A DNA stretch of 64,000 nt from positions 346,955 to 410,954 of the forward strand of contig JAKLII010000002.1 in assembly GCA_022709695.1 (NCBI GenBank), given 5' to 3'. Positions 25,318 to 33,724 of the stretch are shown here, in pieces. Positions within the stretch are counted from its first letter, which is position 1; each line of letters opens with the position of its first letter. The notes below the pieces were generated by a model. It made no database searches. It saw only the letters and a program-made list of their open reading frames with translations, and was not told the origin of the DNA. The stretch is from Bacteroidota bacterium. GTDB taxonomy: Bacteria > Bacteroidota > Bacteroidia > Bacteroidales > SKPS01. The translations under genes were made by a program, and so were the position numbers.

Positions 25318-28300
25318 TTACTTCACAATGACCTGTTTGGTAATCACATCCGATTTGGTTTGCAGACGTACCATGTAGATGCCCGGAGCCAGGTTGTTCA
25401 GGTGGAATTCCTTCACCATCTCACCTGACAGGGTAAGGTTTTCCTTAAGGACAGCCTGTCCGGCGGCATTCATCAGGGTAAGCATGGCATCGCCCTTCAG
25501 GCCGTTGATCTTCAGGAAGAAGTGGCCGTCGGTCGGGTTGGGCCAGAAGGTGAGGTAATTGGCATTGTTCGGGTCATCGATACCTGAACAGTCTATAGAG
25601 GTGACAGCTACAGCGTCGATCCCTTCGCAACCGGCCGAGTTGGTAACGGTAACGGTGTAGGTAACGGTATTGCCCTGTCCGATTACGGCTCCATCCACCA
25701 CAATGGTCTGGGTGGTAGCTCCGGTTGACCACATGTAGGAGGTAAATCCGGTACCGGCATCAATTACAGCGGTTTTATCGCTGCACACATTGAAGTCGGG
25801 GCCAAGGTTCACGGTGGCCGCCGGTTTCATGCCCACTACAACGGTTCCTACTGACGAGCAGTTGGTAACCACATCTATCACTGTAACGGTGTAGGTTGTT
25901 GCAACAGTGGGAGATACAGTAATGGAGGAGGTTGTGGCACCATTGCTCCAGAAATAGGCCAGGTTCATTACCGGGGGAGCATTATAGGTATGGCTGCCCA
26001 GGTTGGTAAAGTAGTTCTGGGGATACACGGAGTATTGGGCACTGAGGCTGTCGGTACCTGCCACAGCAGTCCAGGAGGTATCTCCATGGGTGATCTCCGG
26101 TTTGCGGATCAGGGTTTTATCAGCGGTAGCATTGTTCACGCCGGCAACGGGCCATGCAGTACCCGGGTCGTTGTTCGGATCACCAATGATGTCGATGATG
26201 GTCCAGGTGAGGCCACCGTCGTTGGTAACTTCAACAGAACGAGCATCATCGCCGTTGTGGTGCACAATACTAGGATATGGAAGCACTTCATCGGCCAGGG
26301 TGGTATCGTAATAGGTAGAGCTTACCTGGTTGGCCACCATGACCCAGGTGGTATGCGGAGCCAGTTTGGCGCCTGCGGGGAAGGTATGGTAGCTTGCCCA
26401 TCCACCGCCGTTTGTTGCCCAACCAATCCGATAGTTGGCAAGCAAAACGGTATCCGGAGTGCCATTGAAGATTTCGATAGCCTTGTTGTTGCTGGAACCT
26501 TCGATGTATTCTGAGAAGAATACACCGGTAGCTGAACCTGGAAGGATTACTTCGAGGGTGGTTGGTGTCCCCGGACAAATGTCGTGGTTGGGGGTAACTG
26601 CAATAGCAGGGCCTGCCAGCACCTCTATTTGTTGGGTGGCATAACCATAGCACAGTGACGTGGAATCCTGATAAGCATAAGTAATGGTATGCATACCTGC
26701 TCCTGCCACCGAGGGGTCAAACAGGCCTGCTGTAACGCCGGGCCCGCTGTAGGTTCCGCCTGTCGGGGTGCCACCTGTAAGGGTAAGTGGTGCGGCACTG
26801 GAGCAAAGCGGGGCAAACGTGCCAAGGGCGACAACGGGAGCAGGGGTAACATTTACCGTAATGGATTCGCCTGAGTTCACGAACACGTTGCCAGCATCGG
26901 CAAATTTTACCACGGTATAGGTGGTGGTGGTGGTGGGGTTTACATACATTACCCAGGGTGAAGTGGGCACATTAAACGTATCGTTGCCTGAGCCATCGCT
27001 GCCGATCATGGTCCATGGGCCTGTACCGGAGAAGCTGATGCTGATCATGGCAGAGTCGCCTTCGCAAATCTGCGAGGTACCGGTAACGGTAGCAAGCATA
27101 ACATTCACACTAACCGTATCGGTAAGGGTACCACAGGGGGTAACGTAGCTGGCCACATAGTTATAGGTACCGGGGTTTGTCCACGGGCCCACCGTGGTGT
27201 CGATCAAGTTGGTGGCAAACACCACTCCGTTGTGGCTCCAGGTAAAGCCCGTCAGGTTGCCGGGGACAGGTACAAATGTTCCGGTATTCACAACACCCGG
27301 GTCCTGAATGATGGTTGCATTTACCAGAGCCCAGCTTGAACCGGTATTATTATCAGGTGCAGTCAAACGGAATCCACTGGTGCCTGATCCACTTGCAGAT
27401 GTTGGTGCTGACCAATCCGAGGAGGGAACATTCGCAGCTGCCGGGAAGCTATAATTACCATAGCCTACTGCATCAACAATGGTATTTGAGGGATCAAGCA
27501 GAACACGGCCCATTGTAGCTGCGGACTGATAGTCTGTGGTATTGGAACCCTGTCCATGATAATAGAAATTAGCAGGGCTTGCAACGCTGCTGCCCATCTG
27601 GCCTACTGCAATAATAGCCGTTCCCGTGGGGCTCATAACAGTACCGGTTGGGAAGGTAAAAGTGCCATCTAAAGCAGTCGACCACTGCTGCAGGGTGTAC
27701 CCTCCAAGGTCAGAATTCGGCACACCTGTTATCTCAATATAGTCACCTGCCATCAGCCAGGTAAGGGCTGACCAGCCTACAGTGGGGGCTCCGGTTGAAA
27801 CTTTATTATGACACATTTCAGAAATATAGAAAGCTCCTCCCGGGAAGAATTTAGACTTGGCCGTAATGGGCACGGTGGCTGTGGTGCTACCTACATAGGC
27901 ATTGGCCGGCTGTACGTAGAAGGGATCATAGACGATCTTGCTCGACATGTTGTTGAGGGTATCGTTGCCCTGGAACAGGTTCACCGAATTTGCCCCCACA
28001 TAGGCACTCAGGGTATAGGTACCGGGCTGTGAAAGGTTCGCACCAACCCCGCCAATGGTCATCGTGGTACCCGGAGCAAGGGTTCCGCTGTTGATCACGA
28101 GTGAACCGTTTGAGTTGACCGGACCAGTTACACTCCAATAGAGTGTGGTAGTTGCAGTGGCGAAGTTTATGGTATTGCCGATTGTATTGGTGATTTTGAG
28201 ATAGAGGCTGTCGCTTGTACTGAGGCACTGCCCCGGAGCCAGGTATCCGCCGGTGGCAATGGAAATATCAGCTGCAATTCCGGTAAATTCAATGGCACCC

Positions 28301-31300
28301 ACGTCAGGAGTGGTTGTTGACCGGATCACACCATTGACATCGGTAAGTACACCCAATGGGGTTCCTATATTGTCAATTGAACCACTGAGTGGAGTAAGGT
28401 TATTGCCCGGCACATTGGAAAATACCGGGTTAGCCTGCATAGATGCCATGTCCATCAGGTTGGCGGTCTGCAATGCAGTTAAATCAGCTCTTGCAGCTCC
28501 CCAGTAGGCCAATGGTGATGCTGTTGAGAAGTAGTTGTTGTAATCGCTACTCAACACTCCGGCGGTTGTATTAATGTAGTATGCATAACCGCCTCCGTTG
28601 TGCGCAAAGATGTTGTTTTTAATATTTTGGTTGGTGCCACCCGACTGATAGAACGCATAGGATGAAGCAGGTCCTGCAAGACAGCTGACGGTGTTGTGGT
28701 AGACTTCGGTGTAATCTGTATAATACATATACAGACCATACCAGGTACTTGTTCCGGTGCCTTTCAGATTGATTACATTGTTGATAATTTTATTGGTTGT
28801 GGTGGCATTACCGGCATTGTAATAATGGTATATTCCGTAATGCGTTGAAGTAGCGGCAAGATTTATCTCATTGCCAATTACTTCAGTCGTATTGCAGTAA
28901 TAAATCCGCAAACCGTAAATACTACCTGAGTTTGCAGCATTCTGGAGGTAGTTGTCGTTGATTTTGGCATTATCGGTGTAAGCCACATTCACCCCATAGT
29001 AATAGAAATCGGTGAAACTGTTCCCAATAACATTGATGCCGTTCCCTCTGGAGGAGGATGACACTCCATAATAATAGATGCCATAATACCCGCCAATAAA
29101 ATCATTGTCCTGGAATACGTTGTTGGTCAGGTTAAGCCCGGAGCAATAAACCCCTATAAAACTGGAGCTTGTAGAAAGGCCCGTTTGGATCACACAATTT
29201 GAGAACTCATTGTTATTCGAATTTGCTCCCAGAATTTCAATCACGTAGCCGTAGGAGGCGCCAGTGGCTTGGAGGGTAACATGCTGGAATTTCAGCCACG
29301 ACATATTGTTGAGGCGAACCACATAGTTGTCACCACTACCGGCAGCAGCATACTGTATGGTGACTGAGGCGGCGCTGTTGGTGGCTGATTTGAAGGTAAC
29401 GGTATTTACGGATGAGGTGCCCAGAATGTTGTTGAAATAGAGGTTTTCCGTATAGGTTCCGGCAGCGATATTGAACACCACCGGACCACAAACGCCGAAA
29501 TTCACCAGGGCCTGTACGGCGGCTGAAACGGTGTTGTAATCGAACCCCGTGCCTGTTCCGATGGTATAGGTACCACTTAAGGATGTCTGGATTCCATTCT
29601 TTACCATCGTATCATTGGCAGGATTCTGGTCGGCTACACTGTTGGGGTTGCTGGTCCAGAACTTGAAATCATACACGGTATTGTTGGCAAAGGTGAATGA
29701 ACCCAGGGTAACGGTGTCAACCTGGCTGGGTGCCATCAATGTAGAATGGGTTAAAGGGGTCTGGTTGACATTGTTGACACTCCAGTTCACAGTAACACCC
29801 TGAAGGTTAATAATTCCATAGTTTTTCACAGAGACCTTAACAGTTACAGAGCCTGCACAGGTGGTCAAAGGTTCTACCATTTCCAGCACCCCTGCATCGT
29901 TGTTATACAGGATATACTCATCGGCTCCCATACAGGGGGTTGAAGCATTCCTGATCTGACCATCAATGTCATCTACCACCAGGGGTCTGGGTGTTCCCAG
30001 CTGGTAAGTAGCCAGAGCACTGTTGTGCAAGTCGGCATTGGATACAAAAGCCGGCATCACACTCAAGGAGTTCATGTCTTTGCTGCTGGCGGTCTGCAAA
30101 GCGGCGAGGTCTGTCTTGTTACCTCCCCAATATACGAAATAGCTGGTGGTGTTTGACTTGTACACATTGTAATCCGAAGCCGACACTTGGGCTGTGGTGT
30201 TGAAATAGGCAGCATAACCTCCTCCGGTATTCACAAAAATATTATTGTAATACGATTGCCCCAGGGTATTACTTGAAGTATTGCCCTGGTAAAGTGCGCG
30301 TGCTGCTGTTGCAGAGCCATTGGTGATCAATACCGTATTAAAGGATGTCTCTGTACCGTTGCAATAATAGGAATAAATCCCGTAATTGGTACCGGTTCCC
30401 CCCTGAATGCTGATCATATTATTGGCTACCAGGCCGTATCCGGTGGGGTTTGCGTTGTAAGAATAATAATTACAATAATAGTCGCGGATGCCATAACAGG
30501 CAGAACTGGATGTACCTACAATATTCACCCGGTTACCCACAATCCGATAGTAGTTAAAGGCATAATTCACATAAATGCCATATGAATAAGGGGCAACACC
30601 ATCGTGTACGTAATTCCCGATCACCTCCACGGAATCGCAGTAGTACATGTAGATCGGATAGTAATAAGATCCTACAATTTCATTTCCTTTTACCACAGTG
30701 CCCTTTTCCCAGGAAGAGCTGCTGACACCATACAGGTACATGGTATAGTATCCCCCTGACATATAGTTGTACAGATACTGGTTGTAGTTATTCAGGGTGT
30801 TACCGTCATAGATGCAGCTGGTGCTGGAGTTGGATGCTCCGCCCGAATAGATTTTGTTGCTTTCGAAGATATTGTAATGGGCACCCCCCGTAAGGTCGAT
30901 AACCCTTCCGTTGGTAGCATCAAGGTTTTTAATGGTCAGATACTTGAATCTGTAATAATCTCCGCCATTCAGCTTGAAGGTGAAATTGGCTGCAGAAGTA
31001 CCTGTAAACTGCCAGATCACATCATCTGCATTTCCGGTAGTGGATTTAAACGTAATGGTATTAATATCGCTGGCTCCCAGAATTTCGGGGAAGGTAAGTT
31101 GCTCTGTATAGGTGCCGGAATTGATGTTGAAAATTACCGGTCCGGTGATCCCCAGGGTGGTAAGATCGGAATGGGCAGCAGCGATAGTAGGATAATCTGC
31201 ACCGGTCCCTCCGATGGTATAGGTGCCAGTCAGTGGGGTAGCAAAATTGGTTGTCATTGTGGCGGTATCATTGGCTGGGTACTCATCGATACCAAGATTG

Positions 31301-32163
31301 GGAGCAGACGACCAAACCTTGAGGGTATGAACACCTCCGGGGAAGGTATAGGAGCCAAGAGATACCGGGGTTGCCGTTCCCTGTCCCTGGGCAAGGCTGC
31401 CTGTCCAGGCAAACGGGCTCTGCGAAACACCGTCAACCGACCAGCCAATGGTGGCTGAGGTAAGGGTAGCCGATCCGTAGTTATTCAACGTTGCTGTAAC
31501 ATTATGTGTTCCCGGGGCGGCAGGAGGTGTTGGGCTGTTGATCATCGACATACCGGCATTCAGCACCATCGAAGGGCCAAAGGAAAGCTTCACATTGGGC
31601 CTTTGCATGGTGTTATTGGTTCCTGTCAAGGCACAAACACCTGCAGCATCCTGGTTAACCCACATGGTGGAGGTGTAGGTAGTGGTACTCTGGTTCATTA
31701 CCGCATTGTTAATGTACGCAGTGTTGTTGAAACAGGTCTCGATAATCAGGCTGTTGATCCCATCCCAGAAGTAAGGGGTGGTAAAGGTGTGGGTATTCCA
31801 TCCGGTAACGTCGGTATACGTCGCCGCATAAAACACGGAGGTAGTTGGCATGGTCTGCCAGGTACCCAATGCCGTTGCAGTGGTAGTTCCGAGTTTGATT
31901 TCGAATGCGGTCATCGAAGCCCCGGAGGGGGTAACGACATCAAACTGCAGTGCATTGATGTTTCCCGTATATCCGCCTGCAGCCAGGATTTCAGAAGCCG
32001 GAATCAGCATCTGATGTCGTGCACCATAGTAATAATTACCATAGGGTGCCGGATAGCCGGTTGCGGTATTGTTTACTGTACCGGTACCGATGGTAACGGT
32101 AATCTGGGCAAACAGCCCATAGCTGCAGCAAACCAGCAGCAAAAGGGTAAATAAACGTCTCAT
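25318..32163 (-). CDS. Giant secreted T9SS cargo protein (2281 aa) with CARDB-like, Tyr-rich parallel beta-helix, lamin-tail-like and Ig-like domains
   Basis: Has a signal peptide (MRRLFTLLLLVCCSYGLFAQ). The C-terminal 80 aa are a T9SS sorting domain (LTFWPNPTDGHFFLKINGL...LAPGIYMVRLQTKSDVITKQVIVK). Three CARDB-like segments end in ..PANDT / QGNDT. Two long blocks of NxxxN/Y-rich beta-helix turns are present. Two LTD-like segments are present: YISEMCHNK...GDYIEITG, and FFSEYIEGSSNNKAIEIFNG. Confidence 0.9.
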   Translation of the reverse strand: MRRLFTLLLLVCCSYGLFAQITVTIGTGTVNNTATGYPAPYGNYYYGARHQMLIPASEILAAGGYTGNINALQFDVVTPSGASMTAFEIKLGTTTATALGTWQTMPTTSVFYAATYTDVTGWNTHTFTTPYFWDGINSLIIETCFNNTAYINNAVMNQSTTTYTSTMWVNQDAAGVCALTGTNNTMQRPNVKLSFGPSMVLNAGMSMINSPTPPAAPGTHNVTATLNNYGSATLTSATIGWSVDGVSQSPFAWTGSLAQGQGTATPVSLGSYTFPGGVHTLKVWSSAPNLGIDEYPANDTATMTTNFATPLTGTYTIGGTGADYPTIAAAHSDLTTLGITGPVIFNINSGTYTEQLTFPEILGASDINTITFKSTTGNADDVIWQFTGTSAANFTFKLNGGDYYRFKYLTIKNLDATNGRVIDLTGGAHYNIFESNKIYSGGASNSSTSCIYDGNTLNNYNQYLYNYMSGGYYTMYLYGVSSSSWEKGTVVKGNEIVGSYYYPIYMYYCDSVEVIGNYVHDGVAPYSYGIYVNYAFNYYRIVGNRVNIVGTSSSACYGIRDYYCNYYSYNANPTGYGLVANNMISIQGGTGTNYGIYSYYCNGTETSFNTVLITNGSATAARALYQGNTSSNTLGQSYYNNIFVNTGGGYAAYFNTTAQVSASDYNVYKSNTTSYFVYWGGNKTDLAALQTASSKDMNSLSVMPAFVSNADLHNSALATYQLGTPRPLVVDDIDGQIRNASTPCMGADEYILYNNDAGVLEMVEPLTTCAGSVTVKVSVKNYGIINLQGVTVNWSVNNVNQTPLTHSTLMAPSQVDTVTLGSFTFANNTVYDFKFWTSNPNSVADQNPANDTMVKNGIQTSLSGTYTIGTGTGFDYNTVSAAVQALVNFGVCGPVVFNIAAGTYTENLYFNNILGTSSVNTVTFKSATNSAASVTIQYAAAGSGDNYVVRLNNMSWLKFQHVTLQATGASYGYVIEILGANSNNNEFSNCVIQTGLSTSSSFIGVYCSGLNLTNNVFQDNDFIGGYYGIYYYGVSSSSRGNGINVIGNSFTDFYYYGVNVAYTDNAKINDNYLQNAANSGSIYGLRIYYCNTTEVIGNEINLAATSTHYGIYHYYNAGNATTTNKIINNVINLKGTGTSTWYGLYMYYTDYTEVYHNTVSCLAGPASSYAFYQSGGTNQNIKNNIFAHNGGGYAYYINTTAGVLSSDYNNYFSTASPLAYWGAARADLTALQTANLMDMASMQANPVFSNVPGNNLTPLSGSIDNIGTPLGVLTDVNGVIRSTTTPDVGAIEFTGIAADISIATGGYLAPGQCLSTSDSLYLKITNTIGNTINFATATTTLYWSVTGPVNSNGSLVINSGTLAPGTTMTIGGVGANLSQPGTYTLSAYVGANSVNLFQGNDTLNNMSSKIVYDPFYVQPANAYVGSTTATVPITAKSKFFPGGAFYISEMCHNKVSTGAPTVGWSALTWLMAGDYIEITGVPNSDLGGYTLQQWSTALDGTFTFPTGTVMSPTGTAIIAVGQMGSSVASPANFYYHGQGSNTTDYQSAATMGRVLLDPSNTIVDAVGYGNYSFPAAANVPSSDWSAPTSASGSGTSGFRLTAPDNNTGSSWALVNATIIQDPGVVNTGTFVPVPGNLTGFTWSHNGVVFATNLIDTTVGPWTNPGTYNYVASYVTPCGTLTDTVSVNVMLATVTGTSQICEGDSAMISISFSGTGPWTMIGSDGSGNDTFNVPTSPWVMYVNPTTTTTYTVVKFADAGNVFVNSGESITVNVTPAPVVALGTFAPLCSSAAPLTLTGGTPTGGTYSGPGVTAGLFDPSVAGAGMHTITYAYQDSTSLCYGYATQQIEVLAGPAIAVTPNHDICPGTPTTLEVILPGSATGVFFSEYIEGSSNNKAIEIFNGTPDTVLLANYRIGWATNGGGWASYHTFPAGAKLAPHTTWVMVANQVSSTYYDTTLADEVLPYPSIVHHNGDDARSVEVTNDGGLTWTIIDIIGDPNNDPGTAWPVAGVNNATADKTLIRKPEITHGDTSWTAVAGTDSLSAQYSVYPQNYFTNLGSHTYNAPPVMNLAYFWSNGATTSSITVSPTVATTYTVTVIDVVTNCSSVGTVVVGMKPAATVNLGPDFNVCSDKTAVIDAGTGFTSYMWSTGATTQTIVVDGAVIGQGNTVTYTVTVTNSAGCEGIDAVAVTSIDCSGIDDPNNANYLTFWPNPTDGHFFLKINGLKGDAMLTLMNAAGQAVLKENLTLSGEMVKEFHLNNLAPGIYMVRLQTKSDVITKQVIVK

Positions 32164-32266
32164 AGCAATTGGTTTTGGTTTTAAATGAGTGAGTTAGTAG
32201 ATATTTCTTGAGAATTCATAAGCTTCGTTTGGCAGGTCCGGAAACTATATTGGTTTTTACAACTAA

Positions 32267-32297
32267 CAAAAGTATAACATTTCGGTTAGTTTCCAAA
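32267..32297 (-). promoter_or_regulatory. Candidate Bacteroidota promoter of the giant T9SS gene
   Basis: On the minus strand TTTG (32297-32294), a 19-nt spacer and TACTTTTG (32274-32267) match the -33 TTTG / -7 TAnnTTTG consensus. The predicted leader is about 95 nt and its last 45 nt are G-poor. Confidence 0.5.
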
Positions 32298-32370
32298 ACC
32301 TGTGAAGATTTTTAACATACAAGTAGGAAAAGATGATTTTGGCAGATTTCCTCAGAAGGGATAGTGTTTG

Positions 32371-32378
32371 TATTTTTG
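32371..32378 (+). promoter_or_regulatory. Candidate -7 box (TATTTTTG) for pgi
   Basis: TATTTTTG matches TAnnTTTG and ends 17 nt before the pgi ATG at 32396, implying a very short leader. No well-spaced -33 TTTG was seen. Confidence 0.4.
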
Positions 32379-32395
32379 CTACAAAATAATAGCTT

Positions 32396-33697
32396 ATGCA
32401 TACCATCAGCATTGATACGCAACAAGTCCTGCAAAGGGCTCATAAAGATACCTTCAACGGGCTTCAGACGGAGCTGCAGTCGGCATTCCATACCCTCACC
32501 GCAGGCAAAGGGGCCGGTGCTGAATTTACCGGATGGCTGCAACTGCCAGTAACTTTTCCCACTGAACTGTTGGGTGAAATTGAGGCAACCGCCCGCAGGC
32601 TCAGTGCACAAAGTGAAATGGTAGTGGTGGTGGGGATCGGGGGTTCCTATCTTGGGGCAAAGGCAGTGCTGGAAGCCCTTGGCAGCCATTTCCACCATTT
32701 TACCGGAGATGGATACCCGCATCTGGTGTTTGCAGGGCATCAGCTTAGTCCGGGTTATCATGCAGAACTGTTAAAGGTGCTGGATCAGAAGGAGTATTCA
32801 GTGATTGTGATCAGCAAATCGGGAACCACCACCGAACCTGCGGTTGCCTTCAGGTTGCTGAAAAAGCATCTGTATGCCAAATATGGCGATGAAAATGGCG
32901 CCAACAGGATTGTAGCCATCACCGACGCTGCCAAAGGGGCATTGCGCACCATGGCTGTGAAGGAAGGGTATAAAACCTTTGTGGTACCCGACGATATCGG
33001 AGGAAGGTTTTCTGTGCTTACCCCTGTGGGATTGTTGCCCCTGGCAGTTGCCGGAATCCCGGTGGCCGGGCTGCTGGAGGGGGCTGCCCACATGCGCAGG
33101 TCGATCCTTGCCGATCCGGAAAATAACCCGGCCTCCCGGTATGCCCTGGCACGTACGGCTATGTACCGTTCGGGGAAGCCGGCGGAGATTATGGTTACCT
33201 ACGAACCCGGCCTGGTATATCTGGCCGAGTGGTGGAAACAGCTTTTCGGAGAAAGCGAAGGGAAAGGGGGGAAAGGGATCTTCCCTGCCTCCGTTACCAA
33301 TACCACTGACCTACATTCGATGGGACAATACATCCAGGATGGGCTCAGAATACTTTTTGAAACGGTCGTTTCGGTCGAAAAAAACAAAAATGAAGTCGTG
33401 ATCCCCTCCGACCCGGATGACCTGGACGGGCTTAATTATCTGGCTGGCAGAAATCTGGGTGAAGTAAACCTGATCGCTGAAGAGGCTACACGGCAAGCCC
33501 ATCTCGACGGCGGGGTACCCAATATGCGGATCATCCTTCCGGAACTCACCCCCGATACGGTAGGGCAGTTGCTCTATATGTTCGAATTTGCCTGCGGACT
33601 CAGCGCCTATATGCTGGGGGTAAACCCGTTCGACCAGCCGGGGGTGGAGGCGTACAAGCAGAATATGTTCAGGATGCTGGGGAAAATTAATAATTAG
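32396..33697 (+). CDS. pgi: Glucose-6-phosphate isomerase (short, about 440-aa type)
   Basis: 433 aa. The sugar-isomerase domains are marked by VVVVGIGGSYLGAKAVLEAL, VIVISKSGTTTEP and GGRFSVLTPVGLLP. Further motifs are LFGESEGKGGKGIFP and FDQPGVEAYK. Confidence 0.92.
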   Translation: MHTISIDTQQVLQRAHKDTFNGLQTELQSAFHTLTAGKGAGAEFTGWLQLPVTFPTELLGEIEATARRLSAQSEMVVVVGIGGSYLGAKAVLEALGSHFHHFTGDGYPHLVFAGHQLSPGYHAELLKVLDQKEYSVIVISKSGTTTEPAVAFRLLKKHLYAKYGDENGANRIVAITDAAKGALRTMAVKEGYKTFVVPDDIGGRFSVLTPVGLLPLAVAGIPVAGLLEGAAHMRRSILADPENNPASRYALARTAMYRSGKPAEIMVTYEPGLVYLAEWWKQLFGESEGKGGKGIFPASVTNTTDLHSMGQYIQDGLRILFETVVSVEKNKNEVVIPSDPDDLDGLNYLAGRNLGEVNLIAEEATRQAHLDGGVPNMRIILPELTPDTVGQLLYMFEFACGLSAYMLGVNPFDQPGVEAYKQNMFRMLGKINN

Positions 33698-33724
33698 AAA
33701 TTAGAAATTGAAATTCAAGTAAAT

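Noticed and set aside
25079-25331. Two 61-70-aa ORFs encoding SPVSCPLSPVPCLL-type repeats.
   Set aside because: They are simply the translation of the 7-bp microsatellite, whose frame cycles every three units. They have no start context and lie between two terminators.
32171-32300. Considered an invertible-promoter (inverton) arrangement upstream of the giant T9SS gene, with GGTTTTGG and CCAAAACC flanking the predicted promoter.
   Set aside because: The inverted repeat is only 8 bp and does not extend. That is consistent with chance in a 230-bp AT-rich spacer, and no recombinase gene is nearby.
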